Assembly (NCBI RefSeq): GCF_009834535.1 | Contig: NC_045720.1 | Span: 1,364,001-1,428,000 of the forward strand | Origin: Camelus ferus | Lineage: Eukaryota | Length of the DNA: 64,000 nucleotides | Direction: 5' to 3' | Shown: positions 61,361-64,000 of the stretch, one piece after another | How the letters are laid out: every line of letters begins with the position of its first letter | Position numbering within the stretch: position 1 is the first letter of the stretch | Notes under the pieces: generated by a model | What the model saw: only the letters and a program-made list of their open reading frames with translations | Databases searched by the model: none | What the model was told of the DNA's origin: nothing | Made by a program: the position numbers and the translations under genes

Positions 61361-63159
61361 CCGGGTGATGTTAGAACACGGCTGCAGCAGACCTTAAATG
61401 TCCATGTCTTGCTCTTCCTTGTATTTTTAAAATTCAATCAAGAAATTGCATTCCTCGTGTCCTCCTGGTTGAAACAGCTGAGTTAACCACACAGTACTCC
61501 CTGCCCAGTGTGTGCATGGTCTCAGCAGCCTCAGTGTGATCTAGGGGGCACACTTGGCCCAGCGTCCCCTCGGGCAGGTCCCTGCGGACTCAGCAGCCCC
61601 TGGCCCATCCAGCCATGATCTCCTGGGTCCCAGGCCGCAGGCAGACAGCCGTCTGGCCCACTGTCTGGGTGTCTGCAGCCCCCTGGAGCCCTTGTGACTC
61701 ATGGGGTAATGATTCTCCTCACTGATGTGGCTGCTGGCTGTTGGCCAGCTCTGTGCTGGGCGCTGAAGGTGCCGAGTCCGAGTCCCCCAAGAAGCGGATG
61801 GAGATGAGGGCTGGGGAGCAGACGGTTTATGAGGAGGTGAAGGCACATCTCCAGGGAAGGTGCAGAAGGGAGGGCACCCGCGTCCGTGGGAATCTCTGAG
61901 CCCATATAGAACCCGCACCTCAGGCTCGTCCCACCTGGGTGAGGGAGTAGGGGTAGGGATGCCCCAACCCCAGTTGTCAGCGTGGGGCCCAGGGTCTGAG
62001 GGGGCACTAGCTCCCCGCTTTGCTGCGGGGGGTGGGATCCAGGCCCGGGGTGCGGCACCAGTGCCGGGAACCGGGCGCAGGCACAGGCAGCGTGGCAGGG
62101 TACAGGTGTGGGCAGTGTCTTGTTAGGTCTGTGTAAGTTCCTTCCAAGGTTGGCCACGCAGGGGCCCCGTGAAAAGGACGAGAGGGAAGCAGGCGGCTTG
62201 CCCAAGGCCTCACTGCTGGGAGGCCGCAGCCGAGGTCAGAGCCCAGGCCCCTGTCCCTGAGCCCAAGGACTTCCCAGAAAGGTCTTTGCTCCCTGGGTCT
62301 GTGGGAAGCGTCTTCAGAGGCTGTTCCCTGCACTTTTCTCACCCACGGGGCTCCCTTCCTGTGAAGCCATTGGCTGTTCCAACCCAAGCAAGGCCAGTGT
62401 GGGCCAGGGCCAGGGCCAGGCACAGTGCCCAGTGTGTAGGAGGTACATAAATATTTGTGCAGTGAGTAAATAAATGAATGACTTCAGTGCATGGGGCCCT
62501 CACTGTCTCCTGTTCAAGCAGCCCTCCCTTACCTGTCTCTTGTTTGCAGACTGAGCACATCTGCCAGGGTCCTGGTGGCAAAGGTGCCAAGGCCCAGCTG
62601 GCCCACTGGCCAGGCCTCTGCAGCAGAATCAGCAAGGTGGTGCTGCCCTTGGGCAAGCCCAGCTGGCTTCTCCAGGCCTGGGGCACAGTCCTGCAGGAGC
62701 CACCTGCCCCCCAGCGACACAGGCCCTCCAGGTGGCAGGCTCCAAGCTGGGCACTGCTGGCACAGGAGGCACAGGGGACCTGGTGGTGGTGTAAACAGGA
62801 CAGCGTAGGGGGGAGGTGAGGTGGGGAGCTAGCCCCCTGAGGCCTGGACCTGGCAGAGAAGCACCGCCTCTGCAAGCAAGCATGGCCTTAGTGGTCCCCT
62901 GCTTCCCTGTTCAGGTTGGGAGTGTGGCCCTGGAGCCACCCTGCTCCAGCCCCTACCGGTGGACCTCACTCTCTGGAGCCCTAGAAGGGTAACAAGAGGG
63001 AACAGGTGTGGCCAAACCTGTCCACGGTGCAGGCAGGCAGGTGAGAGGATGTGCTCAGTCAGGCCCATGCTGCCTGTAGAGGAGTCTTCCAGTGCTTGGC
63101 TGGAGCATCCCCAAGTTTGCAGGAGCCCCGAGGGGTGCATGGTCTTGGCCACAGGAGGG

Positions 63160-63625
63160 GGCTGCTAACCTGAAACAACAGAACAGCCAGTTAGTTTACC
63201 AGAAAAATGGGTTTATTCAGGAATAGCAAAGGATTGCAATTTGGGATACGCGGAGAATGCAACTATGGTAAATGACAAGCAAGTCTGGTAAAGCAAAGAA
63301 GAGGAAACCCTTTTGTAGAGGAGAAGGGGGAGTTGGGAGGGGCTGTTCTAAACGAACAGTCCATTGGAGGAAACTGGAGTTGGGAATCCCACGCATAGTG
63401 GCTTTTCACTGGCTGAGCTGTGACTGCCTCTCATTGGCTTGGCTGTTGCCGGGCTGGGGGAAAATCTTCCCTCCTACCCTGGTAGCAGTGTCAATTCCTG
63501 CCAGAGATGTAGAGAAGGTCTCTTCCTGCTGGGCTCCGTATTGACTGGAGGGGTATGTGCACGAGGGGTCCCCCTTCCGGCCTCCTGACTCCATCTTAGG
63601 AAGTCTCCCTTTAGTAACTTTCTCA
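63160..63625 (-). mobile_element. ERV solo LTR
   Basis: Reverse strand starts TGAGAAAG..taagatggagtcaggagg, with CCAAT boxes and AATAAA near its 3' end. Confidence 0.65.
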
Positions 63626-64000
63626 GGGTGCTGGTGGTGCCGCTATGGGCGCAGGTCCACACCCACCCTCTGTGCCCGGCTTCTGGCGGCAGCTCTACCC
63701 CCACACACCCACCTTGCCAGCGGCGGGCGCTGGAGGGAGCTGGAGTCTGGAGGGCAGAGCCGTGTAGGCTCTGCATTAAACAGGATAACGGAGAGGGAAA
63801 TTCCACAGCCAGCTCTGCCCAGGGTGCACCGAAATTACCATGGCGTGTTGCTGGAACAGAACCCAAGGGCACCATCTCAGAGGGAGCCGCTCCCACACAG
63901 ACGTTCCCTGACATGCTGTCCCTGTTCACCTTGGCCCTTGCTCTGGCTGGTGAGCTCTTATTCACCCATCCTGGCCCACCTCCAGTGCCCCTCACTGGGG

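Noticed and set aside
63913-63949. MLSLFTLALALA + GTGAGC: possible Ly6 signal-peptide exon at the window edge
   Set aside because: Short for this family, no match to LY6D that I can recognise, and downstream exons cannot be tested within the window

Overview
Mammalian genomic DNA, most likely a camelid (vic-1-type tRNA-derived SINEs; artiodactyl-type CYP11B), syntenic with the human 8q24.3 CYP11B/Ly6 cluster, with two N gaps. Intact genes: GML (-, CDS 15210-20084, 156 aa), one complete CYP11B (+, CDS 29545-34824, 9 exons, 503 aa, with aldosterone-synthase-type D147/G288/A320) and an LY6K orthologue (+, CDS 52079-54491, 156 aa). The locus is a tandem CYP11B-GML duplication with reciprocal decay: unit 1 keeps GML but only an exon 8-9 CYP11B pseudogene fragment; unit 2 keeps CYP11B but only an orphan GML last exon. 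Superimposed is a near-identical ~2.9-kb inverted repeat (24325-27219 / 44010-46970) bracketing CYP11B. The gene-proximal end of each arm is a GC-rich minisatellite whose conserved core is a perfect three-unit heat-shock element (TTCnnGAAnnTTC): 4 perfect sites upstream of GML and 6 upstream of LY6K, each array followed by a paralogous CAG/GTCAGT donor. The leading hypothesis (inference, not shown experimentally) is a shared HSF-binding promoter module for two testis Ly6 genes, homogenised by inverted duplication or gene conversion. The rest is mostly L1, LTR, SINE and MIR relics, several unusually CpG-rich.
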